Part shown: positions 1-8,103 of the stretch, in pieces
How positions within the stretch are numbered: the first letter of the stretch is position 1
How the letters are laid out: every line of letters starts with the position of its first letter
From: a virus
Taxonomy: Duplodnaviria; Caudoviricetes
Virus record (IMG/VR): IMGVR_UViG_3300032301_000975
Coordinates: 1 to 25,342 of that record
Reading direction: 5' to 3' (one strand)
Length of the DNA: 25,342 bases
Made by a program: the position numbers and the translations under genes
Notes under the pieces: generated by a model
Databases searched by the model: none
What the model was told of the DNA's origin: nothing
The model's input: only the letters and a program-made list of their open reading frames with translations

Positions 1-38
1 AGACGTACCAGAAGCGAGACGCGGAGAAGAAAAAATGA
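1..38 (+). CDS. 3' end of an upstream CDS (truncated by window)
   Basis: Open frame ending ...KRDAEKKK-TGA at 36-38, overlapping the next ATG (ATGA), the coupling pattern used throughout the window. Confidence 0.5.
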   Translation, partial: TYQKRDAEKKK

Positions 39-211
39 GGGCGTTGTCGTGGCTTTTATACTGGTTAGGAGACTTGGTCAGCAGGACGCTCTGCCGCTGG
101 GGCTTGGCTGGATCGCTCTATCAGAAACTGATGCTCTGGTCGGTCGAGTGCGACAAGGATTTTAACGTCTGGAAGGAAGTCAAACCCCGCAAAAGGAGAA
201 AACGCAAATGA
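35..211 (+). CDS. Small hypothetical protein, 58 aa (below ORF-track cutoff)
   Basis: ATG 35 to TGA 211, MRALSWLLYWLGDLVSRTLCRWG...KPRKRRKRK; ATGA overlaps at both ends. Confidence 0.7.
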   Translation: MRALSWLLYWLGDLVSRTLCRWGLAGSLYQKLMLWSVECDKDFNVWKEVKPRKRRKRK

Positions 212-399
212 AAGACCTTGGCAAAATTACTTTTGGCAAATCACGGCCTGCGCCCAAGCAGATTCTGGTCGACGTAACCTACGACGCCAAAACGGCAAAG
301 GCTCTGCACGCATTTGGGCTGAAGCAGTTAAAGAAAGACTCCGAAGCGGTGATCGAGTACGTCATCGTCAAGGCGCTGGAAGGGTTTGCCAAAAAATGA
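208..399 (+). CDS. Small hypothetical protein, 63 aa
   Basis: AGGAG upstream, ATGA overlaps with both neighbours. Confidence 0.75.
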   Translation: MKDLGKITFGKSRPAPKQILVDVTYDAKTAKALHAFGLKQLKKDSEAVIEYVIVKALEGFAKK

Positions 400-2351
400 T
401 TGCACTGCCCCCAGCTACCGAGGCCGTTTACCATAACGGGGCGCCGGAAGGTGAGCGCAACACGCAACTGTTTCGCATGGCGTTGCAATTCCGTGACCAG
501 GGCTTGTCGCAGTTTGATGCGGAGTCAGAGGCCGAGATCTGGGGCTTTAAGAATGGGCTAACGCAGAATGAATGCGTAGCAGCTGTAAAATCCGCTTACA
601 GCAAGCCAGCTAGGGAGGCGTGGCGGCCAAAAGCCAAGTACGGCTATCAGAACGGAGCGATCGTGCGGGAGGATCTGCCAGTGCCGCCAATGCCGATCAG
701 CGTGGAGAGCGGGCCGGTCGACAAGTTTTTAACCACCTGCTTCGACGTGGGCGATAGTATCAATATCTGCCGATCAATTAAGGACGGCGACCGCGAGCGG
801 CCCGACGGTGCGGGCGAGACTCGCACCCGCGAGGAATGGCTGGAGCTGTTTAAAGGCGACGGGTTGGCAACGTGGCAAGGCGATGCGGTGGGCGTGTATG
901 TGTCGATTAACGCTAACAACGGTAAGAACCGCAAAGCCGAATCGATTACCAAGTTTCGCCACTGCTTAATCGAGTTTGATGAAAGCACGCTGCAAGAGCA
1001 GTGGGCCATTATTAAGCGCAGCGGGTTGCCTACGTCGTCGATCATTAAGAGCGGTGCTCGGAGCCTGCATGCGTGGGTGGACGTAAGGGCGGCCAATGCC
1101 AAGGAGTTTGCCGAGCGTGTAGATTTTATTTACAAGCACCTAGAGCACTCAAGGCCTGACTCCGCCAACAAGGACGCCGGCCGGTTGTCCCGGTTGCCAG
1201 GGGCCATGCGTACCGCCACTGGCCAGCAGCAGGAGTTGGTCGAGTGTGGCGCGCCGACGCTGACTTACATCGAATGGCAAGAGCGCACGATGTATGGGGA
1301 TTTGCCTGAGCCGTATAAATGGGAGGATCTGGTAAATTTTAAAGAGGATTGCGATCCGACGCAGTTGCTGGGCAAGCGGTGGATCTGCCGTGGCGGATCG
1401 GCGCTGTGGGTGGGTAGTAGCGGGCTGGGCAAGTCGGTGCTGTGTTTACAAGCCGCGATTACTTGGGCATGCGGTCGTGATCTCTTTGGCATATCGCCAC
1501 ATGGAAAGCCGCTCAAGTCGCTGATCGTGCAAGCCGAGAACGATGAGGGCGACGTGGCCGAGGCGCTGCAGGGTATTCTCAAGGCGTTAGATCTAACGCC
1601 AGCGGAGCTTCAAATGGTTAAAGAAAACATAGTCATCGTGCGTGATTGCACCTCTACAGGCGAACGGTTTGTCGATCGGATGCGTAGATTGGCTGAAAGG
1701 CATAAACCGCATTTAGCCTGGGTAGATCCTTTGCTGGCGTTCATCGGTGGCGATCTATCCAGCCAAGAGACGGCCGGCGGATTCTTGCGCAATTTGCTTA
1801 ACCCCCTAGCACTAGCCGGCGGGTTTGCGTGGATGTTGATGCATCACACGCCTAAGCCGACGCGGGACGGCAGTGGCTATCAGGGCCACGATAAAGCCTA
1901 CAGCGGATTTGGATCTAGCGAGCTGACGAACTGGGCGCGGAGCGTATTAACCCTAGCTCCTTGCGGTCAGGATGAGGAAGGCACGTACACCTACAAGTTG
2001 GAGGTGACCAAACGCGGGAAGCGGTCTGGGTTGCGTCCTAACCGCACTGCGAGCGATTTCATAGCGTCTAACGTCCAGCCGTGTGTTCACCTAAAGCATT
2101 CGCAAGTGGGGCTGGCGTGGATCGAATCAAGCGCACCTGAAAAGACTGTAGGTCGTAAAGCCAGCGCGATCGATTGGGGCAAGCTACCCGAAGGGGCTAA
2201 ATACAGCCAAGTGGTAGCCTATGTGCAGAAGGTAACCGGGCTGCAGGAACGGCAGGCTAAGTCCCGAATCAAGCAGGCTAAGGACGACGGATTTATTGAG
2301 GAATCTAGCGATGGTTTATTCAGCAAAAAGGTGACAAATGAACCCTTTTAA
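396..2351 (+). CDS. DNA primase-helicase: N-terminal PriCT-like helical domain, AEP/RepB'-like primase, RepA-type (AAA_25) helicase
   Basis: GERNTQLFRMA...ECVAAVKSAY (PriCT-like); LIEFDE, SGARSLHAW, NKDAGRLSRLPG (AEP-like motifs); Walker A GSSGLGKS, QAEND, Walker B WVDPL, MHHTPK, GSSELTNWAR. Confidence 0.85.
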   Translation: MIALPPATEAVYHNGAPEGERNTQLFRMALQFRDQGLSQFDAESEAEIWGFKNGLTQNECVAAVKSAYSKPAREAWRPKAKYGYQNGAIVREDLPVPPMPISVESGPVDKFLTTCFDVGDSINICRSIKDGDRERPDGAGETRTREEWLELFKGDGLATWQGDAVGVYVSINANNGKNRKAESITKFRHCLIEFDESTLQEQWAIIKRSGLPTSSIIKSGARSLHAWVDVRAANAKEFAERVDFIYKHLEHSRPDSANKDAGRLSRLPGAMRTATGQQQELVECGAPTLTYIEWQERTMYGDLPEPYKWEDLVNFKEDCDPTQLLGKRWICRGGSALWVGSSGLGKSVLCLQAAITWACGRDLFGISPHGKPLKSLIVQAENDEGDVAEALQGILKALDLTPAELQMVKENIVIVRDCTSTGERFVDRMRRLAERHKPHLAWVDPLLAFIGGDLSSQETAGGFLRNLLNPLALAGGFAWMLMHHTPKPTRDGSGYQGHDKAYSGFGSSELTNWARSVLTLAPCGQDEEGTYTYKLEVTKRGKRSGLRPNRTASDFIASNVQPCVHLKHSQVGLAWIESSAPEKTVGRKASAIDWGKLPEGAKYSQVVAYVQKVTGLQERQAKSRIKQAKDDGFIEESSDGLFSKKVTNEPF

Positions 2352-2356
2352 AGTTA

Positions 2357-2472
2357 GTGCAGTAACCCTTATTGCACCAGTGCAGTATTGGGTAGCATGT
2401 TGGTGCAGTAATAATAGGCCTTTAGGCCTAATTATTGCACTAATGCAGACGGTCAAAACATTACTGCACCAA
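2357..2472. repeat. Cluster of GTGCARTAA-type repeats in both orientations around a central palindrome; candidate replication origin
   Basis: GTGCAGTAW at 2357, 2380, 2403; reverse copies TTAYTGCAC at 2369, 2432, 2461; central TAGGCCT-T-TAGGCCTA element; AT-rich, non-coding, directly after the primase-helicase stop. Confidence 0.7.
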
Positions 2473-2500
2473 GCGATAGAAAGCGGAGTAGTAATCTAAT

Positions 2501-2980
2501 ATGATAGATCAAGAAGTAATTGAACGGCTGCCATGCGGTACTACCCATGTGAGCAAGCGTATCGACGGAATAGTAGATCTAATTTGGGAAGCGTGCTCTG
2601 AGCTACGGATTACTGTCACCACTTCGTCCGTAGCCCTAACGGCACAAGTCTTTAATTATCTTATAACAAAAGCGCCAGAGCATCCGGCCGTACAAAACAT
2701 GACCGACACGTTAGAGCAAAGCGTGCTCTCAGTGGTGCTAAACAGGTCGACTGCATCTATGACCCAGCTAGCCAAGCAGCATAAGATAACTAAGCAGGCG
2801 TTCAGCAAGAGAGTCATGGGAGTTACCGATCGGCTGGGCTTACCAGTGCGATCACAGAAAAGCCAAAAGGCCCGTGAGGCATACGACTTACGAGCAAGGA
2901 AGCATCACGACAAGCGGCGTCGTGAAACGCCTAAATTTAACAGTGCCGCACTAATGAAAGGTATGAAATGCAAACATTAA
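2501..2980 (+). CDS. Putative helix-turn-helix DNA-binding protein (sigma region-4-like), possible late-gene regulator
   Basis: ASMTQLAKQHKITKQAFSKRVMGVTDRLGL fits an HTH pattern; basic C-terminus; located upstream of the packaging module. Confidence 0.55.
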   Translation: MIDQEVIERLPCGTTHVSKRIDGIVDLIWEACSELRITVTTSSVALTAQVFNYLITKAPEHPAVQNMTDTLEQSVLSVVLNRSTASMTQLAKQHKITKQAFSKRVMGVTDRLGLPVRSQKSQKAREAYDLRARKHHDKRRRETPKFNSAALMKGMKCKH

Positions 2981-3432
2981 AACAAGTAGTCAAAGAGTTA
3001 GCTAACAAGCGTCAGCACACCTTAGAAGCGGTAGGCGAAGTCATAGGACTAGCAGCTAAGGCAGGCGTGATTATTACAGAGGCTAGAGCATGCGGTCAAG
3101 ACATAGCCAAGCTATTAGATACAGCTGGCCTTACTGATGAACAAGGCAAGCGACTAGAAAGAGTTGCTGCACACCAACACAAGCTAAGCACAGGAGAGCC
3201 TAGTGTAGTTAGACAGGTCATGCTCTGGGCAGAGATGCTGCCAGATCCTATAACGACTAGCGTACCAAGTGAGCGCAAGCCGTTCATGTGGCCGCTGATT
3301 AAGGTTAGCCAATGGTTCGCCAACAGAAGCAAACACCAAGCCTGGTCAAAAGAAACTAAGCAAGAGTTCATGCGATACGCTGAGCCAATCGCTATAAAGT
3401 ACAGAGAGATTAAGGAGGCCGCTCTTGAGTAG
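2968..3432 (+). CDS. Hypothetical protein, weakly DUF3102-like
   Basis: Overlaps previous gene, AAAGGT upstream; AAKAGVIITEARA...GLTDEQGKRLERVA resembles the DUF3102 pattern (weak). Confidence 0.55.
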   Translation: MQTLKQVVKELANKRQHTLEAVGEVIGLAAKAGVIITEARACGQDIAKLLDTAGLTDEQGKRLERVAAHQHKLSTGEPSVVRQVMLWAEMLPDPITTSVPSERKPFMWPLIKVSQWFANRSKHQAWSKETKQEFMRYAEPIAIKYREIKEAALE

Positions 3433-3606
3433 GCAGACACAAAATCCCTTGAGTGGAGCATGGCAAAATCTCTTGAGTAGAGCACAGATTTTTCTCTTGA
3501 GTAGAACGCGTCAAAATCTCTTGAGTAGGATTTTTTCTCCGACACAAGGAGTCTCCTTGAGTAGAAACATCGCGGTGGAATCGACTGCCGTAAATTACTT
3601 GAGTAT
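3424..3606 (+). repeat. Seven CTTGAGTAG-type direct repeats, first five at exact 24-bp period, plus palindrome CAAGGAG-T-CTCCTTG (3545-3559); candidate cos/terminase-binding region
   Basis: Cores at 3424, 3448, 3472, 3496, 3520, 3556, 3598; lies immediately upstream of terS. Confidence 0.8.
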
Positions 3607-3628
3607 AGCCTCTAACAATTAGTGTATC

Positions 3629-4117
3629 ATGGGCAGAGATCCTAACCACCGAGTGCGTGCGGCTATGAAGGCGACAGGCAAGTCGCGTGCTCAGACGTAC
3701 CGCGACCTAGCGGCCGCCAAGCCTGCGACGACTGCTCCGCTAGTTAAAGCAAAAGGTGGGGGGCTAGACGTGGAGATCCAGAGGCTTGAGGATCTAGCAG
3801 CGAGCCTAGGCGAATCGGCAAAGGACGATACGCGGGCGGATCGATCCGAGCTAATTAGTAACTACACAAAGCTGGTCGAGGCGTTGCGCAGAATGAAGGG
3901 CGACAGGCCGGACATTGATCAAGCGGAAGGGACAATGGTGCCGGTGGATGAGGCCGACAAGGTATTGGCGGCAAGGGATAACGCACTCATCCCGCTACTC
4001 AAAGGAATGGCCAAGCGGCTTGCTCCCATCTGCGCTAACAAGCCAGCGGCAGAGGTTGAGGCAGACGTGGAAAACGAGGTGGGCCAAATTATGCGGCAGG
4101 TCGAGGCCGCACTGTGA
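3629..4117 (+). CDS. terS: Terminase small subunit (lambda Nu1-like position and architecture)
   Basis: N-terminal HTH-like AAMKATGKSRAQTYRDL, helical core, EGTMVPVDEA motif; GTGA overlap with terL. Confidence 0.75.
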   Translation: MGRDPNHRVRAAMKATGKSRAQTYRDLAAAKPATTAPLVKAKGGGLDVEIQRLEDLAASLGESAKDDTRADRSELISNYTKLVEALRRMKGDRPDIDQAEGTMVPVDEADKVLAARDNALIPLLKGMAKRLAPICANKPAAEVEADVENEVGQIMRQVEAAL

Positions 4118-5853
4118 CAAAGGCGCAGACCGAGCTGCGACGCCGAGCACGACAGCGCTGGCACTACGAAAAGCCGCCAGGGGTAATTCAGTGGGCAGAG
4201 CGCAACATCCAACTTGATAGCCGGCTGACTGCTCGCCCCGGACTTTACAGCACGACCTGGACGCCATACGTGCGTGGCGTACTGGAAGCACTAGCCGATC
4301 CCGGCGTTCACACCGTCACGCTTTGCTGGGGATCGCAAACAGGCAAGACGCTTACGCTGGCAGTATGGTTAGCCTACCGAATTGCGAACGACCCAGCGCC
4401 AGCGCTGCTGGTTATGCCTAACGCAGACTTGGCCCGATCTTATAGCGAGACGCGACTAACTCCGATATTTGAGAAGTGCAGGCCGGTAAAGCAATTATTC
4501 CCGCAGGACATGGACGATCTAAAGATCCTCGAGATGCAGTTTGCGACAATGACGCTTTCTTTGGTGGGATCAAACAGCCCGGCCAATCTTTCCTCACGCC
4601 CAATTTGCTTAGCCGTTTTGGATGAGCTGGATTCTTTTGCTGCGCCATCTGAAAAAGATGCAGCCGCTTACTCACTAGCCTTAGAACGCACTAAGGCGTT
4701 TCCGCAGCGTAAGCACGTGCTGACGAGCACGCCGACGCTGAACACCGGGGACATCTGGATAAACTATCAGGCGGGCAGCCAAGAAACTTACCACGTGCCG
4801 TGCCATTCCTGCGGTGAGTTTCAGGCGATGGAGTTTGGCCAGATCCGCTGGGACGAAACGGCAAGAGCCGAGGACGGTAAGTGGGATATGAAACGAGTGT
4901 CTGAAACAGCTGCCTACTACTGCCCGAAGTGCGACGCCAAGTGGACGGAAAGTCACCGGCGAAAGGCGATCGAGCAGGGCAAGTGGGTGGCAGCTAACAA
5001 CAGCGCGGAAACCGGCCGGCGCTCTTTCCGATTGCCTAGCTGGTACAGTCCCACGATTACCTTTTCAGATTGCGCAAAAAAGTTTCTTACAGAAAAACAT
5101 TATCTGCACGGATTGCAGGGGTGGGTCAACGGATGGAGTGCGATGCCGTGGGAAGATCAATTTGATGACGACGATTTAACAAACATACCGCCGGGGGCGT
5201 TTGGCAAGAAGCAGCTCTGGGAAACCGATCACATTAAGCTAGCCGCAATTGATAGGCAGATTGACGAGTTCTGGTTTGTCGTCAGAGCGTTTGCCAGGGA
5301 TGGATCGAGCCGTTTAATTGAGGAAGGCAGACGCCGAACGATTGAGGATATCGCCCAATTTTTGCAAGAGCTTGGCGTAAAAAATATCCATACCTGCATC
5401 GACTCCGGCTACGAAACACAAGACACCTACAGGATTGCGGCACGTTACGGCTGGGTAGCCATTAAGGGAGAGGAGCGGCAGTTTTTCTATATTGAAGGGG
5501 TGGGCGGTCGAATGAAAAGCGTGCACAGCTCCGACCAACCGACCGACGCAGGATGCCGCCTGCTCCTGTTAAGCTCTCCGTCGTGTCAGGATTTGCTGGC
5601 GTGGTTACGCCGAGGGCAGGGGCCAATGTGGGAAGTAGCGCACGACGTTAGCCTGGAATACCGGGAGCACATGGCAAGCCATCGCAAGGCTCACCGAATA
5701 AACCGCAAAACGGGCAAAGATCTTTATGAGTGGATTAGAATCAAAGGTAGGCAGGATCACTTATACGATTGCGAAACCTACCTAGCTGGACTGGCAGTAT
5801 GGGGTAAAGTTATTCAAGCCGAGGCAGCTATGGCCCCAGAGGCAAAGGCGTGA
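4114..5853 (+). CDS. terL: Terminase large subunit, lambda GpA family
   Basis: QWAE, TPY, Walker A GSQTGKT, Walker B VLDELD, STPT, Cys pairs CHSC/CPKC, nuclease motifs AIDRQ, IDSGY, DHLYDC. Confidence 0.95.
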   Translation: MTKAQTELRRRARQRWHYEKPPGVIQWAERNIQLDSRLTARPGLYSTTWTPYVRGVLEALADPGVHTVTLCWGSQTGKTLTLAVWLAYRIANDPAPALLVMPNADLARSYSETRLTPIFEKCRPVKQLFPQDMDDLKILEMQFATMTLSLVGSNSPANLSSRPICLAVLDELDSFAAPSEKDAAAYSLALERTKAFPQRKHVLTSTPTLNTGDIWINYQAGSQETYHVPCHSCGEFQAMEFGQIRWDETARAEDGKWDMKRVSETAAYYCPKCDAKWTESHRRKAIEQGKWVAANNSAETGRRSFRLPSWYSPTITFSDCAKKFLTEKHYLHGLQGWVNGWSAMPWEDQFDDDDLTNIPPGAFGKKQLWETDHIKLAAIDRQIDEFWFVVRAFARDGSSRLIEEGRRRTIEDIAQFLQELGVKNIHTCIDSGYETQDTYRIAARYGWVAIKGEERQFFYIEGVGGRMKSVHSSDQPTDAGCRLLLLSSPSCQDLLAWLRRGQGPMWEVAHDVSLEYREHMASHRKAHRINRKTGKDLYEWIRIKGRQDHLYDCETYLAGLAVWGKVIQAEAAMAPEAKA

Positions 5854-5860
5854 TTGACAC
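5854..5860 (+). promoter_or_regulatory. TTGACAC motif upstream of the gpW-like gene
   Basis: TTGACA ends 16 nt before GTG 5876; recurs before other structural genes. Confidence 0.55.
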
Positions 5861-5875
5861 GATTAGAACGGAGTC

Positions 5876-6205
5876 GTGGATCGCGCTCTCCTTTTTTCTC
5901 TCTGGATTCAGGCGTCTAAAAACGCTCAGGCTCTTGTCCTTGCCTTGGAAGCAATCGCAGCTGGTCAAGCCACCGTCTTTCAAAATGGCGGGCGCACAAT
6001 GATTTCCGCAAGCGTTGCTGGCAAATCTTTTAACTACCAAGTCACCTCTGGCATTACGCCGGTTGAGGTGGCGAAAGCGGCGCTAGACGGCTGGCGCTTA
6101 GTCAGCGGTAAGACCGATGCAGAGGTTACCGCAATCTTTACAGGCGATCAGACCCTAGTGACTTATCCGCGTTTTGTAGAAAAACCATTTTCGGTCGGAT
6201 ACTAA
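5876..6205 (+). CDS. Head completion/adaptor protein (lambda gpW-like)
   Basis: Between terL and portal; LEAIAAGQ...ISASVAGKSFNY resembles gpW helix-hairpin-helix. Confidence 0.6.
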   Translation: MDRALLFSLWIQASKNAQALVLALEAIAAGQATVFQNGGRTMISASVAGKSFNYQVTSGITPVEVAKAALDGWRLVSGKTDAEVTAIFTGDQTLVTYPRFVEKPFSVGY

Positions 6206-6206
6206 T

Positions 6207-7847
6207 ATGGGCCTAGGTTCAAAGATTATCACGACTTGGAGCCGCATGATCCGAGCCGTCGGCCCAGACACTCGTAAGCGTCGGTTTGTCGAAGCACAGC
6301 TAGGCGATACTCGGCTGGACGTTAGCGCCGCATCACGGCAGGCCATCTCATCGCTCGCCCGCTGGCTTTGCTATAACGATCCCACCATTCGCGGCGCAAT
6401 CGACACTATCACCCGAAACACGATTGGCTCCGGCATTAAAGCGCAATCCCGTACCAGCGACGAAGCATGGAACACAGACGCCGAGGCGTGGTTTGATATG
6501 TGGAGCGGCAGCTGCGACGTAAGAGGAATTTTGGACTGGAACACCATGCAGCAGGTGGCCACCCGCACCATGTTACGGGATAATGAAATTTTTGCGTTGC
6601 TAACTGATAACGGTGACGGCTATCCGCTGATCCAGTTAGTTGAAGGGCACCGCTGCGAAACGCCAACCTACCTAGGCACAGAGACAAACATTTTCGACGG
6701 AGTGCGACTGAACAAAAACGGCAGGCCGCTAAGCTACTACATTCGCACGGGTAACGACGGCGAGAAATTTACTGAGGTGCAGGCAAATGATTTGATCTTG
6801 CTGGCAGAACGCGATCGAGCTGATGAGGTGCGATCGATTAGCAAGCTGGCATCCTGCATTAACACTTGCCTAGATAGATCGGAAATTCTTGAGACAGAAA
6901 TGCTTGCGCTAAAAAGAGCTGGGCAGATTGGGCTAGCTTTAGAGTCTACCACCAACAGCGGCCCCGGCTTTTTTAACCCGACCGAAACAGACGATTACAA
7001 CCTAACCACAGACAAAATCTTTGGCGGCGGTGCGTTGCTAAATGTTCCGATGGGGAAAGTATTGCGAGAGATTAAAAATGATCGGCCTAGCCAAAATCTG
7101 CAGACGCACATGGATCAGTACCTAAAGGCCATCGCTCAAACCCTCGGCCTGCCGTATGCGATGATGTGGGATCCATCGACACTGAGCGGGCCTAATACCC
7201 GCCTTATTCTGGGCCAAGCACAGCGCCGGTTTGATGAGGTGGCACAGACAGTGGTAACGCAATTTATTTCAAGGATCAGAAAGTGGGCGCTAGCCAAAGC
7301 GATTAAACGTGGTGAGCTGACTCCACCCAGGGGAATGACGATGTGGTGGGCGGCCGAGTATCACACACCAGCAAAAGCAACCATAGACGCCGGTCGGGAT
7401 TCTGCCGCTGATCGGGAGGATCTGAAGATGGGCCTGACCTCGATGGCCCAAATTTACGCCTCAAAAGGCCAAGACTGGCAAACCGCTGTAAACCAGAAAA
7501 TTGCAGAATCTATTTACATAAAAACGCAGTGTGAAGCCGCTGGAATCGATACCACCGCAGTGCAGATTTTTAGTAACCAACCAGCGCCAACCGTAGCCGT
7601 CACTCCGTCCAGCATCCCGCCGGCGCAAGACGCCACCGTTACCCCGGCGCTAGAAGCAGGGGAGGCGACCGTGCACCTGACTATGGCCGAGCCGGAGACT
7701 GCGCCTGCACCCACCCCTACCAACGATACCTTTACTATGCGCGACGATACTGACTTTACGCTGACCAAAGCCGAGCAGGACATGGTCGTCTCTGCTTTAG
7801 GCATCGGCAAATACCGGCCGAAGGCAAAACCCAAAAAGAGAAAGTAG
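6207..7847 (+). CDS. Portal protein, lambda family, with C-terminal extension
   Basis: ARWLCYNDPTIRGAIDTITRNTIGSGI, CDVRG, DGVRLNKNGRPLSYYI, IAQTLGLPY, IDAGRD...DLKMGLTS. Confidence 0.92.
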   Translation: MGLGSKIITTWSRMIRAVGPDTRKRRFVEAQLGDTRLDVSAASRQAISSLARWLCYNDPTIRGAIDTITRNTIGSGIKAQSRTSDEAWNTDAEAWFDMWSGSCDVRGILDWNTMQQVATRTMLRDNEIFALLTDNGDGYPLIQLVEGHRCETPTYLGTETNIFDGVRLNKNGRPLSYYIRTGNDGEKFTEVQANDLILLAERDRADEVRSISKLASCINTCLDRSEILETEMLALKRAGQIGLALESTTNSGPGFFNPTETDDYNLTTDKIFGGGALLNVPMGKVLREIKNDRPSQNLQTHMDQYLKAIAQTLGLPYAMMWDPSTLSGPNTRLILGQAQRRFDEVAQTVVTQFISRIRKWALAKAIKRGELTPPRGMTMWWAAEYHTPAKATIDAGRDSAADREDLKMGLTSMAQIYASKGQDWQTAVNQKIAESIYIKTQCEAAGIDTTAVQIFSNQPAPTVAVTPSSIPPAQDATVTPALEAGEATVHLTMAEPETAPAPTPTNDTFTMRDDTDFTLTKAEQDMVVSALGIGKYRPKAKPKKRK

Positions 7848-7875
7848 TTGCTACCCTGCTCAGTAGGAGCAGGCT
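7848..7875 (+). promoter_or_regulatory. Inverted repeat CCTGCTC-AGTAG-GAGCAGG within a possible weak sigma70-like promoter
   Basis: Arms 7855-7861 and 7867-7873; TTGCTA at 7848 and CAGGCT at 7870, 6 nt before ATG 7882. Confidence 0.35.
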
Positions 7876-7881
7876 AAGCGC

Positions 7882-8082
7882 ATGGAAGGCGTAGGAGGTT
7901 TGATATATACTATTCTTGCTGTAGCAGCTTTCTTTTTAATAGTTTTGCTCCTGCTTTTGCCCGTATTTGTTTTCCAGATTGCAAATTCCTCAACTCGTAG
8001 CGAGGGGTTACTGAAAAAGGCGATTACAGAACTTGAAAAGATTAACGCTCACTTAACTCCTCCGCCTCCTCCGCAGGACTAA
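7882..8082 (+). CDS. Small single-pass membrane protein (moron-like)
   Basis: Long hydrophobic segment LIYTILAVAAFFLIVLLLLLPVFVF, short coiled coil, poly-Pro end; AT-richer than neighbours. Confidence 0.7.
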   Translation: MEGVGGLIYTILAVAAFFLIVLLLLLPVFVFQIANSSTRSEGLLKKAITELEKINAHLTPPPPPQD

Positions 8083-8083
8083 T

Positions 8084-8090
8084 TTGACAC
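8084..8090 (+). promoter_or_regulatory. TTGACAC motif upstream of the protease gene
   Basis: TTGACA ends 14 nt before ATG 8104. Confidence 0.55.
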
Positions 8091-8103
8091 GCCATGCCCG
8101 CGC

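Noticed and set aside
3424-3606. Repeat array as a mini CRISPR
   Set aside because: Repeats of 9-17 bp and variable parts of about 7 bp are too short, and no cas genes are present
3425-3622. 65-aa ORF with QNLLSR repeats, and minus-strand ORFs 3096-3545 and 3410-3649
   Set aside because: Peptide periodicity follows from the 24-bp DNA repeat; TTG start lies inside a repeat core. Not fully excluded, since all spacings keep frame
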